NCBI RefSeq assembly: GCF_018977255.1
Contig: NW_024704752.1
Location: 9,672,001 to 9,736,000 of the forward strand
DNA from: Callorhinchus milii
Taxonomy: Eukaryota
Direction of reading: 5' to 3'
Length of the DNA: 64,000 bases
Under the pieces are notes generated by a model, which did no database searches, was not told the DNA's origin, and saw only the letters and a list, made by a program, of their open reading frames with translations. Shown here piece after piece: positions 1-13,141 of the stretch (position 1 is the stretch's first letter; every line of letters begins with the position of its first letter). The translations under genes were made by a program, and so were the position numbers.

Positions 1-19
1 GACTCAGATCACTCAACAC

Positions 20-484
20 CTGAAAGAGAAAACTAGTTTAATGATCTGGAAGAATCTTACTAAGATTTCTCTAAGATTTGCAGTATTTGGAATGGATGTT
101 TAGATCTTGGAGCGAATACGACATGCTGACTATGAACATTTTCTTATAATAAGTGAACTTTAATGTGAACTGCCTGTAGCAATTGCACTCCACTGAAATA
201 ATAATAAATGTACAGTAGTTGAACCCTTAATGCACAATCATTTAATATTTGTCTTGTCATCTGCTATGAAATATAGTTTATAAAAAGCCGCATTTTATAG
301 AGATTACATGAGACTTTGAGCTCAAAGTCTAGGCTGATGCTCAGTGCTCAACTTTGACATTGAACACTGCAATGTCAAAGTTGTGCTCCAGATGAGATGT
401 TACAATTTACATTTTTATAGCACCTTTCACAGTGCTTGAACAATAGCACCGTGTGTATTCGCAAGACATTGTGCCTTTACTTAC
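20..484 (-). other. Candidate minus-strand intron (putative 5'-UTR intron of nested HTR2B)
   Basis: Minus-strand donor TTG|GTAAGT at 484 and acceptor gttttctctttcag|G at 20; lies in the PSMD1 intron that hosts antisense HTR2B in human; no HTR2B coding sequence in the window. Confidence 0.4.
311..383. repeat. 20-bp perfect palindrome (311-330) and 14-bp-arm hairpin (349-383)
   Basis: agactttgagctcaaagtct; caactttgacattg-aacactg-caatgtcaaagttg. Confidence 0.95.
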
Positions 485-1200
485 CAAATCATTTTGAGAT
501 TGCCAGTGATGGCTTGTTTAAAAAATGTTGTTAGCAGCTGAAAATGTGGCTTGAACTTTACTGGTTTGCTAAATTCTGAGTAAACTGAAAAATATGCAGT
601 GATGAAACATTATACCTGGAAAGTCATTGACCATTATATTTACAAGTTCAAATAGTGTAGCGAGCTTCTCCATTCCGTACTTCCCGTGGAGGAAAATTTC
701 TAAGATAAAATTGTCTGTGTTTGCATGCGGTAACAACATTGATTCAGCTTCTGTTTTGCTGTGAATTATGGCGTTTCATTTGTGATGCATCTTCCGTTAA
801 AGGAAGTTTCCAGTTTTAAGCCCTGTAGCAATATAGTGGAGTTAATGTTTGAAGTCTAAGCATATCTTCTTGCTTGATCGGCCAACCTCTGGGTTGTCAG
901 GTTCCCACTTATGTCCTTTTCTGCTATGTGTATGTGAAGTGACATCAGTGAGAACCTAATATCTTAGAAGTTGACCACTGTGGTGCAAAAGTTGGTAAAC
1001 GCACAGGAGGTGAGTGAGCAGGCCGGCTGCACACATGCAAAGTGAATGGGGTTCATAGTGCAAACACATTATAACCAAATTCACATCATATATGAGTGCA
1101 TTATAGTGGGGGGGGGGGGGGGGCGCATTTTTTTTTCTCTCTCTCTAATGGGAGAAACAATCATAATTCTTCGAGCTTGAGTAGAAGACTAATGCAATAG

Positions 1201-1517
1201 AAAATTACATTTGTAAAGCGCCTTTCAACAACAACGACAAGATTCCATTTATAGAGCGCCTTTCACATCAGGAGGACGTCCCAAGGCGCTGTACAGTTGG
1301 GTCAGGACCCGAGCAGGGGGGAAACGGTCAGGGTGAGGGGAGGGAAGGGAGGGAGCGAGGAGGGGGTAGAGAGTCGAGAGGGGAGCCGAAGGCACGGTCA
1401 AAGAGAAAGGTCTTGAGACCGGTCTTGAAGGAGGAAAGGGAGGAGGCGGCGAAGGCACTGGGGAATAGAGTTCCAAAGCCTACAAAGTTCACGTCAGGAG
1501 GATGTCCCAAGGCGCTG
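1201..1517 (-). mobile_element. L2 3' fragment nested inside an older L2 tail
   Basis: 1228-1480 is nearly identical (reverse complement) to 30060-30310 and 50090-50343; flanks 1201-1227 and 1488-1517 join into one older tail. Confidence 0.88.
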
Positions 1518-2629
1518 AGAGAAAGGATTGATAGAAAAATGATACAAAAATCATTTTTATTAAGGCAGTGTTGTATAATTAGTGAGCGCTTTAAAAAGAA
1601 AGAATAGAAGGAAAACCGTGGAGTTTGAAGATAAAATGAGTCTTAATTCCCATAAAAAACAGTGTTGCTGTTGTGTGGGCTGACAAGTAGATTATGAATC
1701 TTTTTCTTTCTCCATAAGTGTAGCTCAAGATTGATTCCTCCGCAGGACAAAGCCTTAGTTTGTATTGTAAATGTCAGTTAGAAATTTCATTTTCCCAGAA
1801 GCTTTTTGTGAAAACGATGGAATAAAACCAGCCTTTGATTTTTATGAGCGATGCTGGTCAGGGTAAAACAGTTGCTGCTGTCATTCTTATCTGTAATAAA
1901 AAGATGTCCACTTTGCACACACATGACGGTGCCTTATTTCTCATTCATTTGACCTATTGCCTTGATGCCCTAATTACCACCAGTGGTGCCTACGTTCAGC
2001 TTAGCAAAATGACTTTTGTATCCCCCGCATCTACCTGCTGGTTATCCTGCTGCGATCATTTTTTCAAACTCAAGTTATTTCCATGAAAAACCTTAAAGCT
2101 TCCATTACCTAAAGAAGAGCATCTTCAGCTTGAGGTTGGAACACAGGAAAATAAGTGTGATTAAAGCACACATTGTTAAGTGAAAATAATATGCGTTCCA
2201 TTTTTATAAGCACAGCACTTTGGGGTTGCGTTCTTCCATCTTCCTTAGAGATTCAAAACAGAAACAGAAAATAACTTGGCAAGCACCCAGTGGTATCTAC
2301 TATTCATGAACCATCTTCTCATTTTAAAAGAGAGGGAGTTTTTTTTTCTGGTTTCCTGCCCAACAATTCTCCAAATAAAAATTTGACCACTCATTTCATT
2401 ATCTGGAACAATGTGGGACATTGTTAAGCACAAATTAGCTGCCATGTTTGGCTGCCATGTTTGCCTACAAAAACACAGTACTTCAGAGTAAAATCCTGTG
2501 AAGCACTTTAAGATGTTTTGATGACATGATAAAGCATTCTATCAAATGCAAGGCTTATTATTATGAATGTTATTGCATTATTTTTTCAAAAATGTCATTG
2601 CTTGTACTTTGGGAATTAATAATTTACTT

Positions 2630-2951
2630 CAGATTTTCCATTACACTTGTGTTCAAATCCATTCACTCCCTGGCACCTCCCTACCTCTCCGACCTCCTCA
2701 CTCCCTAATCCATAGCTCGACTGGCACCAGCCTCCTGCTCATCGCTCACATCCACCATGGGAGGTCGCGCTTTCAGACACTACGCCCCAAAACTCTGGAA
2801 CACTCTCCCTCAATCCCTCCACCTTGCCCCTCTCCCCCCTTTTTCAAGTCCCGCCTGAAAACCTCCTCTTCGATCGTGCTGACGGCCACCTCCCCCTCTG
2901 AGAAGCTACCCTGCGTTAAGGGCACTATATACATGCAAGATGTTGTTGTTG
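2630..2951 (+). mobile_element. Older L2 3' fragment
   Basis: FKSIHSLAPPYLSDLL..., ctctggaac, FKSRLKT, ttg tail. Confidence 0.8.
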
Positions 2952-3047
2952 CTGTACACTTACTGATGTCTTTGGAGGACATTTGCTGCAGTTTTAGAAA
3001 TGCATTTTATTAGACATTACTGAAGATAAAACTGTCCAGAATTATAA

Positions 3048-3245
<198 letters not shown>

Positions 3246-5209
3246 TAAAACTGGTGCTGTACTGCACTGGTTGCCCAGATTTGGGACATCATCTTCAATC
3301 ACACTACTCAATGACATTACTTTTCAGTCAAAATGCTCCCTATTAATCTGTAGCTTACAATGACCACACAGGGAGGTAGCATCACATTACAATTTTATAA
3401 ACCTTTAGGGTCTTGTTACAAGTATTACAGTGACAAGGAGCACCAGTAACTGGTGTTGGATTGAAAAGTGGGCAATGCATGTGAATCAAGTGGCTAAAGA
3501 GCGTGTGCTCAGGCTAGGAATTCTATTAAACTTAATAGAATACTGCGCGCTCCTTGTCTTCAGTTTTATCCTCTGCTCACAGCTCATACATAACAAGTGC
3601 TTATTTAGGTTGCAGGTCCATTAGTGTCTTAAACTAGACTGTCAGCTTCCCAACCTTGATATCTGTGAAGCAGATAGTGCGCAATTGTTTCATAGTGCTG
3701 CTTATAATTAATACACCACTTTAAATTGGTACAAATTAGTGGTTATTGGTTCAGCATTAATGGTTTTGTATAATCATGTATTAATTGACATATTTCAACT
3801 TTCAAAACCCATTAGTATGGAATATAAATCAGTTCATTTTCATCAAATAGGAAAAATTATTTATGCTATCATTTTTGAGTACCTTTTTTACATATTATGC
3901 CTTTTAGTGCGTAATGTGGCCTTATTTCCTTGTCTTTGAAATAATCTTTTAAAATAATAAACACTAGATAGCCTTGTATATATATATTTGAAGCTATCTT
4001 GTTTGTTTGTATTGTGTAGTGACTCGGCTATAGAGTTAGGCTTGAATGAAGATGGATTGTGGTGGCTACATTTACCTGATATTGTGCTGTGAAGCTGTCA
4101 GTTTTAAGAATCTGAATTCCCTTAATAGAAGTTTCTGTGTTTCCATCCCATTATAAATGAGTATGTAATATAAATTCTGACGTTTCAAAAAAATTGTAAA
4201 ACTTTCACATCTCCTATAAACATTTTAGTTAAATTTTGGAATGAAATCCATTAGCAATGGATAACATAACCACGCATTCCGTCAGCCTGATGGGATTTAG
4301 ATTATCAGCACAAATCCCCTATTATAACATTTTAAAGTACGTGTAAATGCTGCTGGGAGTCGTCAAGTAGTAGTGTTGAAGGCTGCATGACTGATGCAGT
4401 GTTGGAGAAGCAGAATGACTGAGTTAATTTCCCTTCAGTGCAGTCATTTTGTAGGGAGATAGATAAGTGAGAACTGGTGACCACAGCTAAACTAATTGAT
4501 TCAAGTTTGACATTGAATCTGTGTTCGGAAACTAGCTAGTAGGAAAGATGGCCATGGTGTAAGCTGGGTAAGTGATATTAAAATCTGATGTGTTAATACA
4601 AGGCTGGACTGGCCTCTTCGTCATCCAGCTAAAAATAACTGCTAGTGTCCTAAGGGGCTTCTCTTTCACACTGCATGGGAAAATAGGGTTGCCTTTTGCT
4701 ACTTTTCCCCAATGGCTAGGGTTGGGTTTAGTGGTTGTTAAGTGGTTCTTAAGTAATCTTTTATAAGAGCTATACATGAAGGTTTATGGCTGGTTTCAAT
4801 ATGATGGTCAGGAAAAGCTTAACACTCACACATCTCACTCTAACTGGAGTTTCTAATCGGAACATATTTTGGAAAATTGGTCTGAGTTGGAACGGAAAGA
4901 CAATTCCCAGCATGCGACGACAGTAAATGCAGTGGATATGAAAGGAAACTACTGTTCAACAGCTGCCTTGCTTGCTGTTCAAAATCCTGAAAATGACAAT
5001 GTGTTAATTATAATTTCTTTAATTTTGGTCAGCCTACTGCAGGATTCAACATTGTTTAGTATTTGAAAAGGAGTCCAATTTTTAATATCCCTAAAGCAAG
5101 CTTCAGTCTTGTATATGTCTGCCAGTGCTCCTGTGGTGTTGCAAGATGGTGCCCAGGAATAATCTTGCTCATGTGGAGTATAAATACGAGGTTGGGCCAA
5201 ATGGCCTGA

Positions 5210-5482
<273 letters not shown>

Positions 5483-6096
5483 TGAGAGTTCCATGTATCC
5501 CACCTATACATGGAAATTCCAGAGATGTTGGAATGGAATGTGCATTCTCTACCTGGAGAGGCACATCCTACTTACCTAATTCCAGGAAGTTTTTGACACA
5601 GGTTGGTAACAGCCACAGATTGCGGACTCCAGAGTATGTGTTGGGATACTGCTGAAGTCTTAACTAGCTAAAACTGCATAACGTGCAATTGAGAGCACTG
5701 TCTGGCAAGCTTTCCGGCTACTTATCAAGCTTGGACCATCTTACCTGTTAGGGCTTTGGCTTGCAGGGTTCACAGGAGCTGAGTGGGAAGAGTCCCTGCC
5801 CCAGTGACTGGCCTGCCATCTAAGTCCTATCCATGAGACAGGCTAGCTGTGCTGTCATCACCAGTGCCCTAGTGTATATCAAACTCACCTGGCTCAGGAA
5901 CTGGATTATCGAGACTGTCCCAGAGGGTGAGTTCAATTCCAACATTCCATTGCCAGGGCACCTTGGAGCCAGTTCACCCCTCATTGTCCAGCACCTTGGG
6001 ACGTCCTCCCGACGTGAAAGGTGCTATGTAAATGCAATTTGTTCTTGATTTATACTTTACAGGCTTCAAGATCTTGCTCTGCACGTGAATAAATTA

Positions 6097-6945
6097 GAAT
6101 CATAGAATCATACAGCACAGGAGGCCGCCATTCGGCCCATCGTGTCTGTGCCGGCTCTTTGAAAAGGTTATCCTATTCAACTCCGCTCCCCCACGCTCTC
6201 CCCATAGCCCTGCAAATTTGTCCTCCCCAAATAATTATCTTCTCTCTTAAAAGCTGCTATCGAATCGGCTTCCACCACCCTTTCAGGCAATGCATTCCAG
6301 ATCCGAACAAGTCGCTGTGTAAAAGGATTTCTCCTCACCTCCCTCTGTTTCTTTTTAACAACTATTTTAAAATCGGTGTCCTTGGGTTACTGAACCACCC
6401 GCCAATGGAAATAGTTTTTCCTTGTTCACCCTATCGAATCCCCTCATTAATTTGAAAACTTCCATTAAGTCTCCTCTTAACCTTCTCTGCTCCGAGGAGA
6501 ATAATTCTAGTTTCTCTCGCCTCTCCTGATAACTGAAGTCCTTCATCCCTGGTACCATCCTGGTAAATCTCCTTTGCACCCTCTCCAGTGCCTTGACATC
6601 CTTCCTAAAGTGCGGTGTCCAGAACTGAACACAGTCTCTCACTGAGGCCTAACCAGTGTTTTATAAAGGTTCATCATAACTTCCTGACATTTGTATTCTA
6701 TGCCCCTATTTATAAAGCCTAGTATTCCATATGCTTTTTCAACAGCTTTATCTACTTGTCCTGCCATCTTCAAAGATTTACTTATATGAACCCCCGGGTC
6801 TCTCTGTTCCTTCACCCCTTTTAAGATTGTACCATCAGCTTATATTGTCTCTCCTCATTCTTCCTCCCAAAATGCATCAATCTGCATTTCTCCACATTAA
6901 AATTCATCTGCCACATGTCTGCCCATTTTACCACTCTGTCTTATG
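6097..6945 (-). mobile_element. CR1 LINE 3' fragment
   Basis: CVQFWTPHFRKDVKALERVQRRFTRMVPG...RRLRGDL; typical CR1 3' end tatgattctatgattct. Confidence 0.92.
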
Positions 6946-7164
6946 TCCAAGAAAGGGGAGCTCATCCTGTCACAATCCCTGCAATATGTGTTGTGAAGTA
7001 AGAAAGCTTGCAAGTTAGTGCTCTCAATGGCAAGCTATGCAGTTTTACATTACATTAGGGAATTTAACATGGAGGCAACTAAAAATGCCATGTTGGTGCA
7101 GCCTCCCAGTCTGGAAAACAGTCACATTTAAGTGAGCTTCCCAGGCTTCCTTAAACCAAGCTAT

Positions 7165-7492
7165 ATAATAATAATAATAATAATCCTTGCATTTGATATA
7201 GCGCTTTTCACGTTGGGAGGACGTCCCAAAGCGCTTCACAGAACACACTGTAAAGTGAATTGACTGTATATTTGTGGGCGAACGCGGCAGCCAATTGCGC
7301 ACAGCAATGTCCCACAAACAGTCGTAGATTGAAAATGACCAATTTATTATTGTTTTGGGTTTTGGAGGGATTATTATTAGGCTCTGTGTGGAGTAAGGAA
7401 ACTTGCCCAAGGTTTCGCCCTCTGCCTGGAATTGAACTCAGGTCTCTCGCTTGCAAAGCGAGTGCTCTAACCACTGAGCTACAGGACTCCAC
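7165..7492 (-). mobile_element. Young tRNA-Ala-derived SINE, full length
   Basis: Head GTGGAGTCCTGTAGCTCAGTGG (A box), TGC anticodon arm, GTTCAATTCC (B box), L2-like tail, (ATT)n. Confidence 0.92.
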
Positions 7493-9818
7493 AAGCATTC
7501 GAATTGTATTAACATTGGGTAGAAACCAGCTTGTGTAATGCAGAACCCAACTGAAGACAATGTTTTTTACAGTCATGTGCAGCAGATTGGTTGGGAGTTA
7601 GCTATCTATTACTTTGCAGCTGCAGTAGTTTGGGGACCACAGTCCTCTCTCATTTAGTGCCTGATCACTGTGACTTTTGTAACTGATCGCTGCTTCTTGC
7701 ACTGAAGTTTTTGGCTTGGTCTCTTATCCTTCAGATTATTTAAACAAACCCTTTCAGGAGAAGATAAATCACTACAGTCCATTGGGATTAGCTGCTGAAC
7801 TGACAGAAACCCATTTATTTATATTAAGGTGTTTGGAAATATCGGCCTTAACTGCGAGTATTTTCAGGTTGAAATCACTTCCAGAAGGGAACCCTGTTGC
7901 ATAGTTAGTTTAACCGTATTTGTACAAACATTCCCCTCTCCCTTCCAGAGATCAGAACTTTTCTGTTTCAGTTCTTGGGTGGTAGTTGAATTATAGATGT
8001 GAATTGGACTATTGTACATGTGAATCGAGTGATTGTATGTATGAGTTGGACTACCATACATGTAAATAGTGTTCAACACTTATGTTGTGTTTTTCAAATG
8101 GAAATTTATAAATGAGAGCATGTGTGGAAAACACTCACTTCCAGGAGAACACAAGTTTATTATTCACCTGGGTCACAACTCTTGTAAAGTTTAGAGCGTA
8201 CATGCACAGCAGCAGTCCAGATGGAAGAGGGCAAGAGTAATCTCCTGTGGTAGATTGGTGTGAAGAAGCAGTATTCCTAAAAAGATTGGAAACATGACTG
8301 TGATCAATCACAACTATGTCTTTTTCCTCTGTCCCCTTCTGCTAATGGATATACAAGTGAACCCTGACAAACCACTTTGACAATTGAGCCCCCCACCCTC
8401 TCCATGAATCAAGAAATATTTGATCAAGAAAAACCTGGTAACAGATTACCCCAAACATAGATTTATTTAGACTAGAATATTTGGGGGGCTGCTTCATGAC
8501 GGCCCAGTGGCTCGGAACAGACCCACAGGCCGTAGTTTGGCCAGCATTGGTCTATGCTAATCTGCGTGTACAATTCATTGCCCTTCTGCTGAACTGGTCC
8601 AAAACTTGTGTGCTTCTTTTTAATCGTCCATTTTTATTTTTCCACATAGCTTGGTATCATCAGCAAAAAATTATATTACAAGAAGTGCTTTCCTCTAAAT
8701 CATTTATTAATAGTACAAGGAGTAGACAAAAAGGAACAGACTAAGGTTCACTATATGGATCCTGCCAGTTTGTATTCTTACTTTTACATTGGGCAGTGAT
8801 TATTCTCGCTGATAAATCAGGGAGGCACTAGATCTTTTTAAACTTCTATTTAATCAGATGTTTAAATGAGATTGTAAATGGTCTGTCAATAAAGAGGATT
8901 AAACACTAAATGAAAACCTATGATCCATACTGAAGTTAATCAAATGGAAATTAATTTTCACTCTGCTGTTTCATGATCCGAATCCATCTTGAGCGACAGT
9001 GAAGAAGTTTTAGTGAGCATTTGAATGTTTTACTCTTTCATAAATGTTTAATGTATAAAATTTCGAAGCCTTTATAAAAGTAGGTTAAAGTTATTCTTCA
9101 ATTTGAAATAGATTATACCTTTTGTGATGGAGCTTGAACATCATATCTTTCTTCAGGTCATCAGGTTTTCTTCCCAGCCTTTCTGCACCAGGCATTAATT
9201 TACCAATTTCCTGTAAGCTGTTCTGTTTTAGATTGTACTTCAGATTATTCTATTGTATGAACAGCAATTTCACTGCCAAAAAGAATAATAATTTACATGT
9301 GTGAAATATGAAGATTCTGGTTCTGAAAGATCTAAATCAGAAAAAGTGAAAGTGTGACAGTCACTGCATCCAATTGAATCCTTCACGCCAGACTAGGCTC
9401 CTCATTGACGTGCAAACAGCATGTGCCCCAGAAATGAAGGTTAATTGTCTGAGAAAAAATTCAATAGCATCCATGTGGGTGTTTATAGCTTCTGAATGTG
9501 TTTCTCAGATCATGCTGAGTATTTCCAGATCTAACCAAATGTGGACAAATTGTTAATTTAACTGTAGCTGCTATCAGCTCTGTTCCTTTGAAGTGTGTGT
9601 ATAATTTTTATATTTTACTCAAAGGGATGGATTTTATGCTGAATTCTATTGTGTGAACATCTATCTTGAATTGTTTGAATAATTTTTTATGTATTCATCT
9701 TTAGATGGTCCCAAATTTAAACCCGAGTGTGAATGTATACAATCCTGTGTTTGAGTTGGTCTGTTTTGACGTGTTTACAAGTTCCTCACTGACTTCTGCC
9801 CTACGTTTCCTAAATTAG

Positions 9819-9929
<111 letters not shown>

Positions 9930-10199
9930 TAGCTATGGAAGTCAGTGTGTTCTTAATACATACCGATCTAGCTGTCTTTGTAAGTCCTTTTGAAAAAATT
10001 ACTTAAAAGTGCGTAGCTGAGATTGACTCAGCCAAGAATGGAAGATCTGCAGATGTTTATACATCTGTAAACATGTGATGCTCACATCTGTTTTGTTGAA
10101 TGGTGACCCTATCTGAATGTGGAACTGCTTTGGAAGAATGAGTAAGACAATATCTGTGATAGATGAACCAAAAAACATTTTGTAACTGACTTTGTAACG

Positions 10200-10372
10200 T
10201 GATTGGTCACTCGATCAACGACTGTTTGGGGGACACTGCTCTGGCAATTGGCTGCCTCATTTCACCCACAAAATACACAGTCAATCCATTTTACAATATA
10301 CTTTGTGAAGCGCTTTGAGACATCTCAATGACGTGATAAGGTGTTATGTCAAATGCAAGGATCATTATTATA
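10200..10372 (+). mobile_element. Older SINE 3' tail fragment
   Basis: attggtcac...tgtgaagcgctttgagacatc...caaatgcaagga. Confidence 0.75.
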
Positions 10373-11629
10373 ATATTCACCCAACTGAATGAACATCGCA
10401 ATGCATGTATTTCAAAACCTAGCCACTTACTCTGTAATAATCCACTACCTTTATCCATAGACTAATCCATAAAATGCTTAAAAAGGTTTGCAAAATAGTA
10501 AACAAAACGCAAATTGAATTAATATCAATCAACTGAAAACATCTTTAGCCAGAGATTTGTTATACAGTAACTATAATATGTACTTTGCTGAGCTGTTCAG
10601 CCCTGATACTTCAAGTAATGTTTAACCTTTCAATACCCTCCGTCTTTGAGCCCATGGATTTGGAGCAATGAGCCTGAGAAAAAAGGATACTAATAAGATT
10701 TGGAGCTAAAGAATCTGTTTGAGGGCAGTTTTACTTTTGAAGTCTGAGGAGATACTTAATTACATTTTACAACATCTTTGAACTGCACTGAAGACATTTT
10801 GAAGTACTAATGAGGAGGGATACTACTTTAGTACTATCCTGAGAGCATTATCCGTCATTCCAGACTCTGATAAATGCACTGAGAGATTGTCAATACTGTC
10901 AAAAATGGCTTGCTGATTTAATCTTAAACTTGCAACTGACATTCAAACTGCAGCTGCCAACACTGGCAATATCTCAGCTTTCAGCTCAGTGTGAGAGTAC
11001 TGCACTACATACCCACAGTAGAATCAATTGGAGCATTTAGAAAAGAATTGGACAAGCACAAACAGAAGAACTGTATTAGTGCATATGGAGAAAGAACACG
11101 AAATTGAGGTTTAGGTGGGTGACTTCATGAAGCAAACACCAACACAAAAAATCGACTGAATGGCCTCCGATTGTATCATACATACCTGTGGTTTTAGCAG
11201 CGTCCAATTTGTTGGTTGACATTGAATAGGATAGATGGCAGCTGGAGGAAAACCGCAATGTAGACCAGCATCACTGACATTTAATTAGGGACCTTGATAC
11301 TAAGCAGTTTCTTGTGCAAGGCTTGTTTTCGGGAACTTAACCCTCTGTACATAGACAGATGGATGCGATTCTGCACCCACGAATCCCACACACTGATTTC
11401 AATCTTTGTACATAGTTTTTTTTCTTGGTTAGGACATTTCTATTGGAACATTTTTACTTGATTCTTTCGGATAGAATAAGCCCCCCTCCTTGGACAGCAG
11501 GTGAGTGGTCATGGGGCTGAATCCCATCTCTTACTGGCCGTGAATGGACCAAGACATACACAGTTTAGTAGGTCTGTCAAGGGCTATAGATTATCAAATT
11601 TTGTCTTAAGAATGCTTAGACTATTATGA

Positions 11630-11965
11630 ATAGTGGCAGACACAGAATATGAAGCATGACATTCCAATACAATGCTGGGAGTGTTCTATATTATCGGAGG
11701 TGCCATACTTTGAATGAGCCATTAAACTGATGTCCTATCTATCTACTTGTTCAGGTGGACATTAAAGATACCATGACACAATTCGAAAAGTGAAGGGAGA
11801 TAAAATTGGTCACTCACTTCACAGCTGCTTGTGGGAAATGATTGCAAAAATTGGCTGTCACGTTTGCCTACAAAATACACAGTTGCTGCACCGTATATCC
11901 TGTGAAGTCCTTTGAGATGTCCTTCTGACATGAAAAGCGCCGTATCGAATGAAATCAATATTACT
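11630..11965 (+). mobile_element. Deu-domain SINE (SacSINE1-like), old
   Basis: tcggaggtgccatactttgaatgagccattaaac...caggtggacattaaagataccatgacac resembles the Deu core, followed by the same tail as the young SINE. Confidence 0.65.
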
Positions 11966-12823
11966 GTTATTGCTGCTTTACCCAACTGTCACAATTAAAG
12001 AAGAAAAAGCAAGTGTGGTGAAATTATAATAAAGAAATCTACAAATAAAGAAAACCTACAAGTCTGCAAAAATATATCAGAAAGTAGGAACAACTATTTT
12101 GAAACAAATTTGTTTGATTTAAAGTAGACTTTTTTAAGCAAATAATGCTCAACATAGAGAATAATACAATTTATATTTCTATAGCACCTTTTTGTCTTAA
12201 AAAGCGCCTCACACTGCTGGATATGCACCTGAGCTGGGGGTGGGGAGGGGAAGGGTGATCAAAAGCACGGTCAAAGAGGTAGGTCTTGAGTTGGGCCTTT
12301 GAAGATGGGGAGGAAGGGGACAAGTCAGAGGGACAGAGTTCCAGAGAGCATGGGTAGAGTGGCTAATATTGGAAAATTTAATTGGAATACCTAAAGAAAA
12401 ATACAGGTTGTTTTTATCTACTTTGTCTAGTGAATTAAAGTAAAGGCTACATCCCTATCTCCTACACATATCGCATGCCTGAACCTAAGTTGTCTCAAGG
12501 GCTCATGTCTCTTTGAAGAAGTTTCCCCCATCGAAACGGTATTCATTTCCTACTCTACCATTCTGTGGGAAAAGGTTTCTTTCATTTTCTTGCCAACAGT
12601 GACTTTTCTCAGGTTGTTTTCCTTGCATGTTGGTAAATGACCATTTTTTAAAAAAAGGTCTTGAAAAACATCAGTATAGATTTTATGATTGATAGTCACA
12701 GTCAAAACCTCACGTATCTGTCCCACAACCATGATGTGTTGTACTTAGAGTAAGATTGTCATTAGGTGGAAAGATAGCTCTATTGCCATTTAATATTGCA
12801 TACTATTCAATGGGTTCCGCGAC

Positions 12824-13141
12824 ATAATAATAATAATCCTTGCATTTGATATAGCGCTTTTCACGTCGGGAGGACGTCCCAAAGCGCTTCACAGAACACA
12901 CTGTAAAGTGAATTGACTGTATATTTGTGGGCGAACGCGGCAGCCAATTGCGCACAGCAATGTCCCACAAACAGTCGTAGATTGAAAATGACCAATTTAT
13001 TATTGTTTTGTTTTTTTGGAGGGATTATTATTAGGCTCTGTGTGGAGTAAGGAAACTTGCCCAAGGTTTCGCCCTCTGCCTGGAATTGAACTCAGGTCTC
13101 TCACTTGCAAAGCGAGTGCTCTAACCACTGAGCTACAGGAC
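12824..13141 (-). mobile_element. Young tRNA-Ala-derived SINE
   Basis: Near-identical to 7165-7492. Confidence 0.92.

Noticed and set aside
901-1009. Possible PSMD1 poison exon (gtcag|...GAG|gtgagt)
   Set aside because: Weak polypyrimidine tract and no independent support; such pairs are common by chance.
7420-7492. tRNA-Ala(TGC)-like sequence (also at about 13070, 57361 and 61720)
   Set aside because: The 3' acceptor-stem strand is missing and each copy continues into a common SINE body; these are SINE heads, not tRNA genes.
7045-7576. Near-identical ORFs recurring at 7.2, 12.9, 39.9 and 61.5 kb, suggesting a gene family
   Set aside because: These are translations of SINE copies.
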